NCBI GenBank assembly: GCA_963677495.2
Contig: CAXXOU010000001.1
Coordinates: forward strand, 224,001-288,000
Origin: Candidatus Cloacimonadales bacterium
Lineage (GTDB): Bacteria > Cloacimonadota > Cloacimonadia > Cloacimonadales > JAFGVF01
DNA length: 64,000 nt
Direction: 5' to 3'
Shown here: positions 1-9,127 of the stretch, one piece after another
Position numbering within the stretch: the first letter of the stretch is position 1
Layout: each line of letters opens with the position of its first letter
The notes under the pieces: generated by a model
What the model was told of the DNA's origin: nothing
What the model saw: the letters and a program-made list of their open reading frames with translations, nothing else
Database searches by the model: none
Position numbers and translations under genes: made by a program

Positions 1-492
1 TTGAGCACTCCCTACTATTTTCTTTCCAAGACACTTTAGTTCATATCTAGAAGTACTTGTAAAGCAGGGATTAGCATTCACTCTCTGCTCTGAAGCAGTA
101 AGCTCACCTTTCTCAAATTCGATCGGTACACCAAGGTTCTTTAAACCTGTAGCTAATGCTTTACTGATCTCCGCGTAAGTATCAGTTATTCCTCCCTCAA
201 ATTTCTCAATCGAAGGAGTTATAACAGCATACGTTACTTCGTTTTTGTGCAGAACAACTCTACCACCGGTTGGTCTTCGCACAAATCCATAACCCCGACT
301 TTCCAGTTCACCGAGGTCAATCTCATCCAATGCTCTTTGGTTAAAACCGCACGACACTGTCGCCGGTTCCCAATCATAAAAACGTATTGTAGGTAAACTC
401 TCCCCCGCCTCAATAGCCATCATGATTGCTTCATCAATAGCCATGTTTTCGGCTGAGTTAAATCTACCGTGGACTATAACTCTCCACTTCAT
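1..492 (-). CDS. lipoate-protein ligase A family protein (5' part; runs off window start)
   Basis: Manual translation from ATG at 492: MKWRVIVHGRFNSAENMAIDEAIM...PTIRFYDWEPATVSCGFNQ...VRRPTGGRVVLH, which are LplA/LipM motifs. ATGA overlap with the purM stop. Confidence 0.9.
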   Translation of the reverse strand, partial: MKWRVIVHGRFNSAENMAIDEAIMMAIEAGESLPTIRFYDWEPATVSCGFNQRALDEIDLGELESRGYGFVRRPTGGRVVLHKNEVTYAVITPSIEKFEGGITDTYAEISKALATGLKNLGVPIEFEKGELTASEQRVNANPCFTSTSRYELKCLGKKIVGSAQ

Positions 493-1508
493 ATATTAAT
501 CAATTTTACCTTTTCGGCATCTTTTTTCTTTTCTATAACACCTATTTTTTTCACAGGTAATTTTGCCATCATCTCATTTGCTACTGTTTCAGGACATACA
601 ACTATGTAACCAACACCCATATTAAAAGCACTGTATGATTCATATGAATCAACCTTTCCTGCATCCACTAAAAGCTTGAACAGTTCAGGTGTTTCCCAAG
701 TTGCAACATCAACTACTGCTGTTAGTCCATCAGGGATTACACGTTTAAGATTCCCAACGATACCGCCACCTGTGATATGCGCCATGCCATGTGTTTGTTC
801 TGGTTCAAGGAAGTTCTTCAAATATGGAAGGTATGATTTGTGTATCTTTAGAAATGCTTCTGCAACTGTTTCATCCATTCCCGGTAAGAGTGAATCATGC
901 TTAAGATTAAGAATATCAAAAGCAATAGCACGAGCTAAAGAATAGCCGTTTGTATGCAAACCGGTTGATTCAAAACCAAGCACTACATCACCTTCTTCAA
1001 TATTATCACCTGTAATAATTTTTTTCTTTTCAACAAGACCTACAATTGTTCCTGCTAAATCAAAATCGTCCGGATCATATATCCCCGGCATCTCAGCCAT
1101 CTCACCACCGATAAGAGCCATATCATTTTCTTTACAAGCCTTACAAAAACCTGATATGATTGACTCAATATTCTGAGGATTAAGTTTTCCTACTCCAATA
1201 TAATCAAGGAAGTATTGTGGGATTGCACCCTGAACAAGAATATCATTTACACAATGGTTCACCAAGTCCTGACCAACTGTGTCATAAACTCCGGCCATTC
1301 CTGCAACCATTATCTTTGTTCCAACACCATCAGCACTTGAGACCAAAACAGGCTCTTTCCAGCTTGTAAGGTCAACTTGGTATAAACCACCAAATCCACC
1401 AATTTGAGTTAGGACATTCTTATTAAATGTTGATTTAACTAAAGGCTTAATTCTATCTACAGACTCCTCACCCGCCTTAATATCTACACCTGATTTCTTA
1501 TAATCCAT
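489..1508 (-). CDS. purM: phosphoribosylformylglycinamidine cyclo-ligase (AIR synthetase)
   Basis: MDYKKSGVDI, IGGFGGL, DGVGTK, GGEMAEMPG, GLHTNGYSL, HITGGG motifs; GAGGAG RBS before ATG 1508. Confidence 0.97.
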   Translation of the reverse strand: MDYKKSGVDIKAGEESVDRIKPLVKSTFNKNVLTQIGGFGGLYQVDLTSWKEPVLVSSADGVGTKIMVAGMAGVYDTVGQDLVNHCVNDILVQGAIPQYFLDYIGVGKLNPQNIESIISGFCKACKENDMALIGGEMAEMPGIYDPDDFDLAGTIVGLVEKKKIITGDNIEEGDVVLGFESTGLHTNGYSLARAIAFDILNLKHDSLLPGMDETVAEAFLKIHKSYLPYLKNFLEPEQTHGMAHITGGGIVGNLKRVIPDGLTAVVDVATWETPELFKLLVDAGKVDSYESYSAFNMGVGYIVVCPETVANEMMAKLPVKKIGVIEKKKDAEKVKLINI

Positions 1509-1518
1509 ATTCTCCTCG

Positions 1519-2415
1519 TTACATTGAGATAATGTCAATTACACACTTTTTTCTTGCTTCTATGATTTCTTCAGTTGCTTTAAGTAGTCCATCTGCACTG
1601 AAAGATTCTACATCAAGTGACGCCATTACTGTACCATAGATAACAGCTTCTTTTACATTCTTGGGAGTAAACTCACCCTTGCCCGCAAGGAATCCCATGA
1701 ATCCACCTGCAAAACTGTCACCAGCTCCAGTAGGATCTACAACTTTCTTTACCGGATAAACAGGAGCGAAGAACAGCATATCTTTCATTATTGCCATTGC
1801 ACCATATTCTCCTCTTTTGAGAAGTACAAGTTTTGGACCGTAGGCAAGGATATCATCTGCTGCGTCGTAAACATTGCTTCTTCCGGTCAGCATCTTTGCT
1901 TCATCTTCATTCACGAAAACAATGTCAATCTTCTTAATAACTTCAATCAACTCATCTTTGGCAATATCAATCCAGAGATTCATTGTATCCATAGCAGTGA
2001 GTTTACAACATTCTAATTGATTAAGCACATTCAATTGTAAAGCAGGATGAATGTTTCCTAAAAAGAGGAATTCATTAGTCGCATATTCTTCTGAAAGTAC
2101 AGGATTAAAATCAGCAAATACGTTAAGTTGGGTATCAAGTGTTTCTGCTCTATTCAGATCATTATAAACACCTTTCCATCTAAATGTTTCACCTTTTGCT
2201 ACTTCGATACCGGATGTATCAATTCCTTTACTATTCAACATTTCAATATTCTTGTGGTCGTAATCCTCCCCAACAACACCAACAACACAAGGTTTACAAA
2301 AGCTACTAGCTGCTATTGATGCGTATAGAGATGAACCACCGAGAGCATCCTCTACTTCTCCAAATGGGGTTTTGATGCTATCAAGTGCAATTGAACCGAC
2401 TAATGTCAATTTCAT
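1519..2415 (-). CDS. PfkB/ribokinase family sugar or nucleoside kinase
   Basis: VGSIALD, LGGS and DPTGAGDSFAGG PfkB signature. Confidence 0.92.
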   Translation of the reverse strand: MKLTLVGSIALDSIKTPFGEVEDALGGSSLYASIAASSFCKPCVVGVVGEDYDHKNIEMLNSKGIDTSGIEVAKGETFRWKGVYNDLNRAETLDTQLNVFADFNPVLSEEYATNEFLFLGNIHPALQLNVLNQLECCKLTAMDTMNLWIDIAKDELIEVIKKIDIVFVNEDEAKMLTGRSNVYDAADDILAYGPKLVLLKRGEYGAMAIMKDMLFFAPVYPVKKVVDPTGAGDSFAGGFMGFLAGKGEFTPKNVKEAVIYGTVMASLDVESFSADGLLKATEEIIEARKKCVIDIISM

Positions 2416-2618
2416 TCATTACTCCTATCTATGACTGTATTATTGTTTGATTTTCCAAAACTGAGGATAGATTTCAGACGTTCTCCTGAGAAACCTCTAA
2501 TAATTACTATTATAAGGATAAAGGCAGCCATTTTGATAAGCAGCTTTTTCCAGGACCTTTTCACCTTTTTGTGACGATCCTCTAAACGAGTTTGAATCTT
2601 CCCTCTAAAATTATCCAT
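2412..2618 (-). CDS. small hypothetical membrane protein
   Basis: 68-aa ORF overlapping both neighbours in an operon; basic N-terminus plus one hydrophobic helix. Confidence 0.7.
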   Translation of the reverse strand: MDNFRGKIQTRLEDRHKKVKRSWKKLLIKMAAFILIIVIIRGFSGERLKSILSFGKSNNNTVIDRSNE

Positions 2619-3823
2619 TAAGCTTTAAGACTGAGCATTCCCTCTTTGAAACGCTTTGCACCTTCAGCAAGATTCTCCATACTATTTGCATATGAGAATC
2701 TCACATAATTATCAGCACCGAAAGCACTACCGGGTACGACTGCAATCTGGTAATTCTCAAGCAAATAAGCACAAAGTTCATTACTATTTGTAACACCTTT
2801 TGCATGATTGTTCAGATATGTACTAATATCAACCATCATGTAAAATGCACCCGAGGGCTGGGAACATTGAACTTCAGGAGTCTTAAGCAGTTCGTTTCTA
2901 AGGAAGTCTTTTCTCTTTTCAAATTCAAGTCGCATATTCTCAACTGAACCATCATCTTCAGCAAGAGCTGCCACACCGGCTTTCTGACTAATTGCAGATG
3001 CACATGATGTTGTATGAGCCTGAACTCTACCGATTGCTCCGGCAACATCAAGAGGAGCAGCTAAATATCCTAGTCTCCAACCTGTCATTGCGTATGCTTT
3101 TGAGAATCCATTGATAACAATTGTATTCTCTTTAACTTCTTCTGAAAGTGATGCAATAGAAACATGTTTCACACCATCGTAAACAAGTTTCTCATAAATC
3201 TCATCAGAGATAATTGCAATGTTATGTCTAAGGCAAACACCTGCAATAGAAACAAGCTCTGCTTTTGTATATACAGCACCGGTTGGATTTCCCGGAGTGT
3301 TAAGAATAAGTGCTTTTGCTCTTGGATTGTTTATAATAAGCTCTTCCAGCTTTTCGGCATCAATCTTGAAGCCATCTTCAATTGTTGTTTCTAAATATAA
3401 TGGCTCAGCTTCTGCCATCTCTATCTGGTATGGATAGCTGACCCAATAAGGTGTCTGTACAATCACCTGGTCATGCACATCACAAATTGCTCTTAAAGCA
3501 AATGCGATAGAAGCTTTTGCTCCTGGGGACACAATAATCTGCTTTGGATCATAATTCAACCCGTTCTCTTTCTCCAGTTTATCACAGATAAGCTGTTTCA
3601 GTTCAGGAATACCGGGAGTCGGAGTATAACGAGTGAAGTTCTCATCAATCGCCTGTTTGGCATAATCTTTTATATATTCTGGTGTATTAAAATCAGGTTC
3701 ACCAACTCCAAAGTTGATAACATTCACACCCTCTTTACGCATTTGATTGGCTTTAGCTGCAATAGCTAAAGTCGGAGATGGTTTAATCCGTCTTATCTGG
3801 CGGGACAATTGAATAGGCATCAT
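2618..3823 (-). CDS. PLP-dependent class I/II aminotransferase (aspartate aminotransferase-like)
   Basis: GEPDF, NTPGNPTG, SDEIY, NGFSKAYAMTGWRLGY motifs. Confidence 0.95.
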   Translation of the reverse strand: MMPIQLSRQIRRIKPSPTLAIAAKANQMRKEGVNVINFGVGEPDFNTPEYIKDYAKQAIDENFTRYTPTPGIPELKQLICDKLEKENGLNYDPKQIIVSPGAKASIAFALRAICDVHDQVIVQTPYWVSYPYQIEMAEAEPLYLETTIEDGFKIDAEKLEELIINNPRAKALILNTPGNPTGAVYTKAELVSIAGVCLRHNIAIISDEIYEKLVYDGVKHVSIASLSEEVKENTIVINGFSKAYAMTGWRLGYLAAPLDVAGAIGRVQAHTTSCASAISQKAGVAALAEDDGSVENMRLEFEKRKDFLRNELLKTPEVQCSQPSGAFYMMVDISTYLNNHAKGVTNSNELCAYLLENYQIAVVPGSAFGADNYVRFSYANSMENLAEGAKRFKEGMLSLKA

Positions 3824-3845
3824 ATCTCCTTTCGCGTTTACTCTA

Positions 3846-4832
3846 CTATCTAGAGAGTAATAAAACTAACGCTGTTGTATTATAAATATCTTCCCAAGAA
3901 CATCCACGAGACAAATCGCATACAGGTGCTGCTAAACCTTGAATAACAGGGCCAATAGCTTCCGCTTTAGCAAATCTTTGAACAAGTTTATAACCAATAT
4001 TACCTGCCTGAAGGTCAGGGAATATAAGTACATTAGCGTGTCCTGCAATAGTGCTTCCGGGAGCTTTCTTTGAACCTACTGACGGAATAACCGCAGCATC
4101 AAGCTGTAACTCACCTTCGAGTTCGAAGTCCGGGTTTCTTGATTCTATAATTTCTTTTGCTTGTAAAACTTTGTCAACTAATTCGTGCTTTGCACTTCCC
4201 TTAGTTGAGAAGGAAAGGAGAGCTACTTTAGGATCGTCACCAATAAGAGAGCGACGTGTAGCTGCTGTTGAAATTGCAATATCAGCTAACTGATTAGCGT
4301 CCGGATTTGGGACCACCGCACAGTCACCGAAGAGGAATATTTTGTCACTTCCAAGGAAGTCAGGTGTCACCATAATGAAACTACTTGAAACAGTTTTAAG
4401 TCCAGGTTTAACACCAACAACTTGAAGAGCTGCTCTTAGTACATCGCCTGTAGTATTAGCAGCACCGGCTACCATACCATTAACGATTCCATATTTCACA
4501 AGTAGTGCACCAAAGAATAATGGTTGTTTAACTGTTTCTATTGCCTGCTCTTTTGTGACACCTTTCTTCTTACGTTTCTCGAAAAAGAAATCTGCGAATT
4601 CAGCAATGTCATAATTCTCAGGATTAATAATCTCAGCATTTGAAATATTTAGTTCAAGCTCTTCTGCTTTCGCCTTAATAATTGATTCTTCACCTACAAG
4701 TACAACTCCTGCCATCTCCTCTTTGAGTACAGCTTCTGTTGCGCGTAATGTTCTTTCATCATAAGCTTCAGGAAAAACTACCTTTCCCTTAAGAGCTTTG
4801 GCTTTCATCCTAAAATCAGCTAAAACGTCCAT
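3846..4832 (-). CDS. pta: phosphate acetyltransferase
   Basis: VFPE, DCAVVPNP, LLSFSTKGS, GELQLDAA, FPDLQAGNIGYK, DLSRG. Confidence 0.96.
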   Translation of the reverse strand: MDVLADFRMKAKALKGKVVFPEAYDERTLRATEAVLKEEMAGVVLVGEESIIKAKAEELELNISNAEIINPENYDIAEFADFFFEKRKKKGVTKEQAIETVKQPLFFGALLVKYGIVNGMVAGAANTTGDVLRAALQVVGVKPGLKTVSSSFIMVTPDFLGSDKIFLFGDCAVVPNPDANQLADIAISTAATRRSLIGDDPKVALLSFSTKGSAKHELVDKVLQAKEIIESRNPDFELEGELQLDAAVIPSVGSKKAPGSTIAGHANVLIFPDLQAGNIGYKLVQRFAKAEAIGPVIQGLAAPVCDLSRGCSWEDIYNTTALVLLLSR

Positions 4833-4938
4833 TATTGTCTCCTCTAATGATAATTTTTTTTACATTTTTAACTCCACATTTTTTGTCAACACTAACAGTG
4901 TTTTTTATACTATATAGTGTAATTATTGAGATCCTCAC

Positions 4939-4975
4939 CAGACCTGCACCGTGGCGAAGTATGGGGCGGGAATGA
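4939..4975. repeat. REP-like half element (family A)
   Basis: CAGACCTGCACCGTGGCGAAGTATGGGGCGGGAATG, near-identical to the starts of the elements at 5633 and 7475. Confidence 0.8.
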
Positions 4976-4999
4976 TGCGAACAGAACCTAATACTTTTC

Positions 5000-5574
5000 T
5001 CAATCAAGCATCAGTTCAGTAAATTGTGTGCTAGATAGATACTCTTCATAGCTTTTAAGATTCTCTGAATAATTTTCAAACTCTTCAGGATACATTTCTA
5101 GCAACTCATTTGAGAATAGAGTTCCTTTCCTTAAACCAACTATTTCGTGATAATTAGAAAACTCCCAATCCCGAATATCTTTAACTAAACCGGCTTTTAC
5201 CGGATTATAATGAATATACTTACAAAGTTGTAACAGATAGTTATCTTTTATCACACGTTTACTTTGCAACCTATCCTCCATTAATTGACCTTTACATTTG
5301 TACTTATGATTGTAATGAAGCGAGTAGGAGGTTAATGTATCATTAAAGATTCTATACGTTGGTTTCTCACCTGTTTGTTGAATGCAAAAGTGAAAATGGT
5401 TAGGCATAAGACAGTATGCTAATACTTGGCATGGATATTTTGCTATGTTTTTTTAAGTTTCATAAGAAAGTACATGTAATCACTATCAGATTTGAATAAA
5501 AGCTTCCCTTTTGGGGTTCGATTGTAGAAGTGTATAATACTTCCAGTATAATAATCACTTTCTTTACATTGCAT
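5000..5574 (-). pseudogene. REP-associated tyrosine transposase (RAYT/TnpA-REP, IS200-like HUH) with a frameshift at an A7 run
   Basis: AAGGAGG RBS, then MQCKESDYY...HFYNR...FLMKLKK. The frame stops after the A7 run (T5448-5454 on +). The -1 frame continues IAKYPCQVLAYCLMPNHFH (HUH) ... YIHYNPVKAGLV...WEFSNY. Confidence 0.85.
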
Positions 5575-5632
5575 TTGTCCTCCTTTCTTTTGTCTGGCAT
5601 ACCTATTCGCCTTACTCAAGTAGACACCTTTT

Positions 5633-5736
5633 CAGACCTGCACCGTAGCGTAGCATGGGGCGGGAATGGTAAACTCGAAGCCTTACACCTCGCCCCACAT
5701 TCGCAGCAATACTGCTCACTGCGGTGCAAGGAGACC
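5633..5736. repeat. REPIN-like inverted-repeat element (family A)
   Basis: Nested arms TGCACCG...CGGTGCA and TGGGGCG...CGCCCCA; directly upstream of the RAYT. Confidence 0.8.
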
Positions 5737-5740
5737 ACAT

Positions 5741-7369
5741 CTATTTTATCAAAGACACCTTAACAGAACTTAAAATAGTATTCCCGAAGGTTAGCTTACA
5801 TAAGTATACTCCGGAAGCTACCTTATTACCTTTACTATCGACTCCGCCCCAAGTAACTGTTTGATCTCTTTGCACTTTACCTGCATTCAAATTATTAACA
5901 AGTTGTCCTTTCACATTATAAATCTGTATCTCAAGTTTATTATACTCTTTATCTGTCTTTACACTGAATTGCACTGATGGATTGAAGGGATTTGGATATG
6001 CTGTAAACTCAACTCCAGAAGGTGCAAGAATTGTATCATCCGAGATTGATACTGTAGTATCATACAATGATGCATCTCCAGCATATACATAGGCATGTCC
6101 GGCATACTGAGATCCTCTTCCTGGAGCCCCAACTGCTACATCATCACATCCATCATTATTGAAATCACCAATTGCAACGGAAGTCCCAAACTCTGAGCTG
6201 GTGATTATAGGGGCTTCAATTTCATAATCCCGTAGTCCATTGGGATCTTCATTCCCAAAGAAGAAATAGGCCTTTCCTTGATCTAAACTCCAACAAGGAT
6301 CACCTAAAACGATATCAGTGTAGTTATCATTGTTCAGATCTCCATAATAAATGCCATTGTCATAATCTCCATAATTGGATAAGTGTATATCAGGTACTAC
6401 ATTGCTTTGATTCCCACCCAGCCATATTCCCGGGCATGTACCGGCATATTTTTTAGCTCCTACAAAATCATCAACACTATCTCCATTTATATCCCCGCAA
6501 GCAACTCCACCTGGTCGAAAGTTAGTTCCTTGAAAAACAATGTTTGTTAAAATTGTATCAACCACAGTTGCACCATAGATTATTGAGTTTTTGATTAACA
6601 GGTCTTCAGCATCAAAATAGCCAACAATAAAATCATCGAATCCATCACTATTGATATCACCAACCTCTCGTATTGCACTTCCACCTGAATTATCTCCAAT
6701 ACGGTATGGTCCTGTATCCTTCCAAAGCTCTACATAAGGTTCTAATTCATCACCATATAAAAGATAAAAATGGGTAAATGGATTTCCTGAAAAACGACCC
6801 CAGATGACAAATCCGGCATCAGAACAACCATCTCCATCAATATCACCTAAAGGATAAAGTGAAAAAATGTCTTCTATCTCATCATCCCCGGTTCCTCGCA
6901 TTATATCATAACTGAAATCAGGGATTGTATCACAATTTACACCTCCATAGTAAATGTCGATAACAGCTTTTATCTCATAGATTGGGTCTCGACGATATAA
7001 ACCAAGATCATCAAAACCATCACCATTCACATCACCAAAATTATGTATTGACTTACCAAGCCAATTAGCAGTAGAGCCTGTTATAGTTAAATCAGGTGTA
7101 GTTGAAAAACTACTCCCCCCATAATAGAAATATACTTTACCTAAAAAGGCACTTCCTCCTCCCGGCTCATATCCTAAAGAGCCGATAACCAAGTCATCAA
7201 TTCCATCACCATTATAATCCATTGATGTCATGGAGGAACCATAATCTGAATATGGATGTTCTCCTTGGCTTTCCCAAATTAGTTCCATTGAATTCTCTGC
7301 AAAGAGTGTGTTAATCGCTATTAAAAGGATTAATAGCATTAAAAAGTTGTGTCCAATACCTATTTTCAT
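5741..7369 (-). CDS. secreted FG-GAP/integrin-alpha repeat protein with PNPFNP FlgD-Ig/T9SS-like C-terminal domain
   Basis: Signal peptide; repeated GDxNGDGxDD motifs; C-terminal YPNPFNP...IYNVKGQLV...W.G.D..G..VASGVY; GGAGG RBS before ATG 7369. Confidence 0.88.
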   Translation of the reverse strand: MKIGIGHNFLMLLILLIAINTLFAENSMELIWESQGEHPYSDYGSSMTSMDYNGDGIDDLVIGSLGYEPGGGSAFLGKVYFYYGGSSFSTTPDLTITGSTANWLGKSIHNFGDVNGDGFDDLGLYRRDPIYEIKAVIDIYYGGVNCDTIPDFSYDIMRGTGDDEIEDIFSLYPLGDIDGDGCSDAGFVIWGRFSGNPFTHFYLLYGDELEPYVELWKDTGPYRIGDNSGGSAIREVGDINSDGFDDFIVGYFDAEDLLIKNSIIYGATVVDTILTNIVFQGTNFRPGGVACGDINGDSVDDFVGAKKYAGTCPGIWLGGNQSNVVPDIHLSNYGDYDNGIYYGDLNNDNYTDIVLGDPCWSLDQGKAYFFFGNEDPNGLRDYEIEAPIITSSEFGTSVAIGDFNNDGCDDVAVGAPGRGSQYAGHAYVYAGDASLYDTTVSISDDTILAPSGVEFTAYPNPFNPSVQFSVKTDKEYNKLEIQIYNVKGQLVNNLNAGKVQRDQTVTWGGVDSKGNKVASGVYLCKLTFGNTILSSVKVSLIK

Positions 7370-7474
7370 ATCTTCCTCCATTGGAGTCTAACTACATATC
7401 TATTAATTACGATTGAATATTAAAACATTGACTAATACTGGCAAGTTCTTTATTTCCTTGCTCCACATTCGCAT

Positions 7475-7596
7475 CAGACCTGCACCGTGGCGTAGCATGG
7501 GGCGGGAATGGTGAAATCAAAGTCTGAACTCCTCACCCCACATTCGCAGTAACACTGTTCACTGCGGTGCAAGTAGACATCTCTCCAGACCTGCAC
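7475..7596. repeat. REPIN-like inverted-repeat element (family A) plus start of a further copy
   Basis: Same arms as 5633-5736 with a divergent central spacer; CAGACCTGCAC recurs near 7586. Confidence 0.8.
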
Positions 7597-7647
7597 TAAT
7601 TAACTAACATAACACTACTTGTGCTTCATTTCCTCTACGTCCTACTT

Positions 7648-7760
7648 CAAGAACTTCTTTTCTCCGTTAAATAAGTTATGCACACGATGTGGATAACTTT
7701 AGGGTTTCATAGGGAGGGTCTAGGGAGGCTATAGGGAGGAACTAGCGAGATTCTAGCGTT
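7648..7760. repeat. dispersed element with inverted DnaA-box pair and 11-bp-phased TAGGGAG array (copy 1)
   Basis: 57 bp (7675-7731) identical to 60095-60151; TTATGCACA-cga-TGTGGATAA. Confidence 0.85.
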
Positions 7761-8138
7761 TTGTAAAGACTTGCTAAAGAGAAGTATCAGTTTTGAAGCC
7801 ATGAGATAACCCTTTCTTATCATGATTTATAGAATGTGTATGGATTTACTTGTATTGTAGAGATAAACAGGATCGAAACCAGTGTGAGTTTATGAACTTG
7901 AGCCCTAAACATTGTCACCCTGAGCGTAGATGAATGAAGTGAAACGAAATGAACGAAGTCGAACCGACTGAGAGGAGTTCGTAAGCCGATAGGCGCATCA
8001 ACTTCCGGGTCGCTCGGATGGCTTTAGTGGTTAATCTTTTGAAGTATTGACTTATTTGTAGCTTCATCGTTCCCATTAACAATCAATTCATTTGACCAAA
8101 CAACAACTATTGCAAACATTGTATCAGAGGTAAAGATA

Positions 8139-8798
8139 ATGTTTAAAGGTATAGTATTTGATTTAGATGGGACACTTTTAGATACTCTTAGAGATATAAG
8201 AGTATCAATAAACAGGTTATTAGAGAAGGATGGATATCCAACTCATACTTTGGCAGAGTATCACAAGTTTGTTGGTGCAGGGATTTATCATCTGTGTCAA
8301 TCTGCTATGCCGGAAACGGCAAGAGATGACGCAAATGTGAAGAGATATATTGAACTTTTTAGGGAAGACTATAGCACGAATTGGCATGATGAGACAATTC
8401 CTTATCCCGGTATTTCTGAGTTGTTGGCTAATCTGCAGGAGATGGGAATAGAGATGGCAATTTTATCCAATAAACCCGATTATTTTGTAAAGCCTATGCT
8501 TGATTACTACTTCCCTGAAATCGATTTCATCCATGCTCAAGGTAATGTACCTGAGTTACCGGCAAAACCTGACAAGGAATCAGCAACTTATGTATTAAAT
8601 GCACTTACATATAAACCTGAGCAGTATCTATTCATAGGTGACTCTGATATTGATATCTTCACAGGGCACAACATAGGAATGAAAAGTGTTGGAGTAACTT
8701 GGGGGTTCAGAACAACAGAGGAACTTAAAGAAGCTGGTGCAGATTGGCTTGTCTATTCTGCACAAGAGATATTGGAGATTGTGGAAGGTAAAAGATAA
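8139..8798 (+). CDS. HAD family hydrolase (phosphoglycolate phosphatase-like)
   Basis: FDLDGTL, LSNK, KP, IGDS..D, VTWG motifs. Confidence 0.92.
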   Translation: MFKGIVFDLDGTLLDTLRDIRVSINRLLEKDGYPTHTLAEYHKFVGAGIYHLCQSAMPETARDDANVKRYIELFREDYSTNWHDETIPYPGISELLANLQEMGIEMAILSNKPDYFVKPMLDYYFPEIDFIHAQGNVPELPAKPDKESATYVLNALTYKPEQYLFIGDSDIDIFTGHNIGMKSVGVTWGFRTTEELKEAGADWLVYSAQEILEIVEGKR

Positions 8799-8871
8799 GG
8801 CTTTATCCCAGCAGGGTCGCAAGTAAAACGTCTCTCTGGGGTGTTGGTCTCAGCCGAGACTGCTGAGTTTC

Positions 8872-8957
8872 GGCAGTTTGCACAGAATCAAGGGAGTTTG
8901 CCAGAGCTGAACGATAGAGAAGCGAAAGCGGACTTCTTGGATTCTGTGCAAACTGCC
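8872..8957 (+). repeat. long hairpin, GGGAGTTTG...CGGACTTC family (family C)
   Basis: Perfect 18-bp outer stem GGCAGTTTGCACAGAATC/GATTCTGTGCAAACTGCC; inner stem shared with 43544, 60225, 60410 and 62646. Confidence 0.75.
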
Positions 8958-9050
8958 TTGATTCAGTGGATAGTTTTCAAAAACTTAAAACTAAATGTTT
9001 AAATTGAGGAAGTCTAATCTCTATAAAATACAATAAATTATCCATTTATC

Positions 9051-9080
9051 TTGACATATAATGAGGGTGCAAAATATTTT
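9051..9080 (+). promoter_or_regulatory. putative sigma70 promoter of rplM operon
   Basis: TTGACA-N18-TATTTT upstream of rplM. Confidence 0.45.
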
Positions 9081-9127
9081 GATTCGCTATAAAGTATAGT
9101 TAAAGTGAATATGGAAAAGGAGAAACG

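Noticed and set aside
4816..5763. Short ORFs 4816-5007 and 5530-5763
   Set aside because: They run through REP-like repeats and overlap real genes
7676..7696. oriC
   Set aside because: Only two boxes, duplicated elsewhere; no dnaA/dnaN/gidA nearby; no contiguous DnaA-trio run recognised
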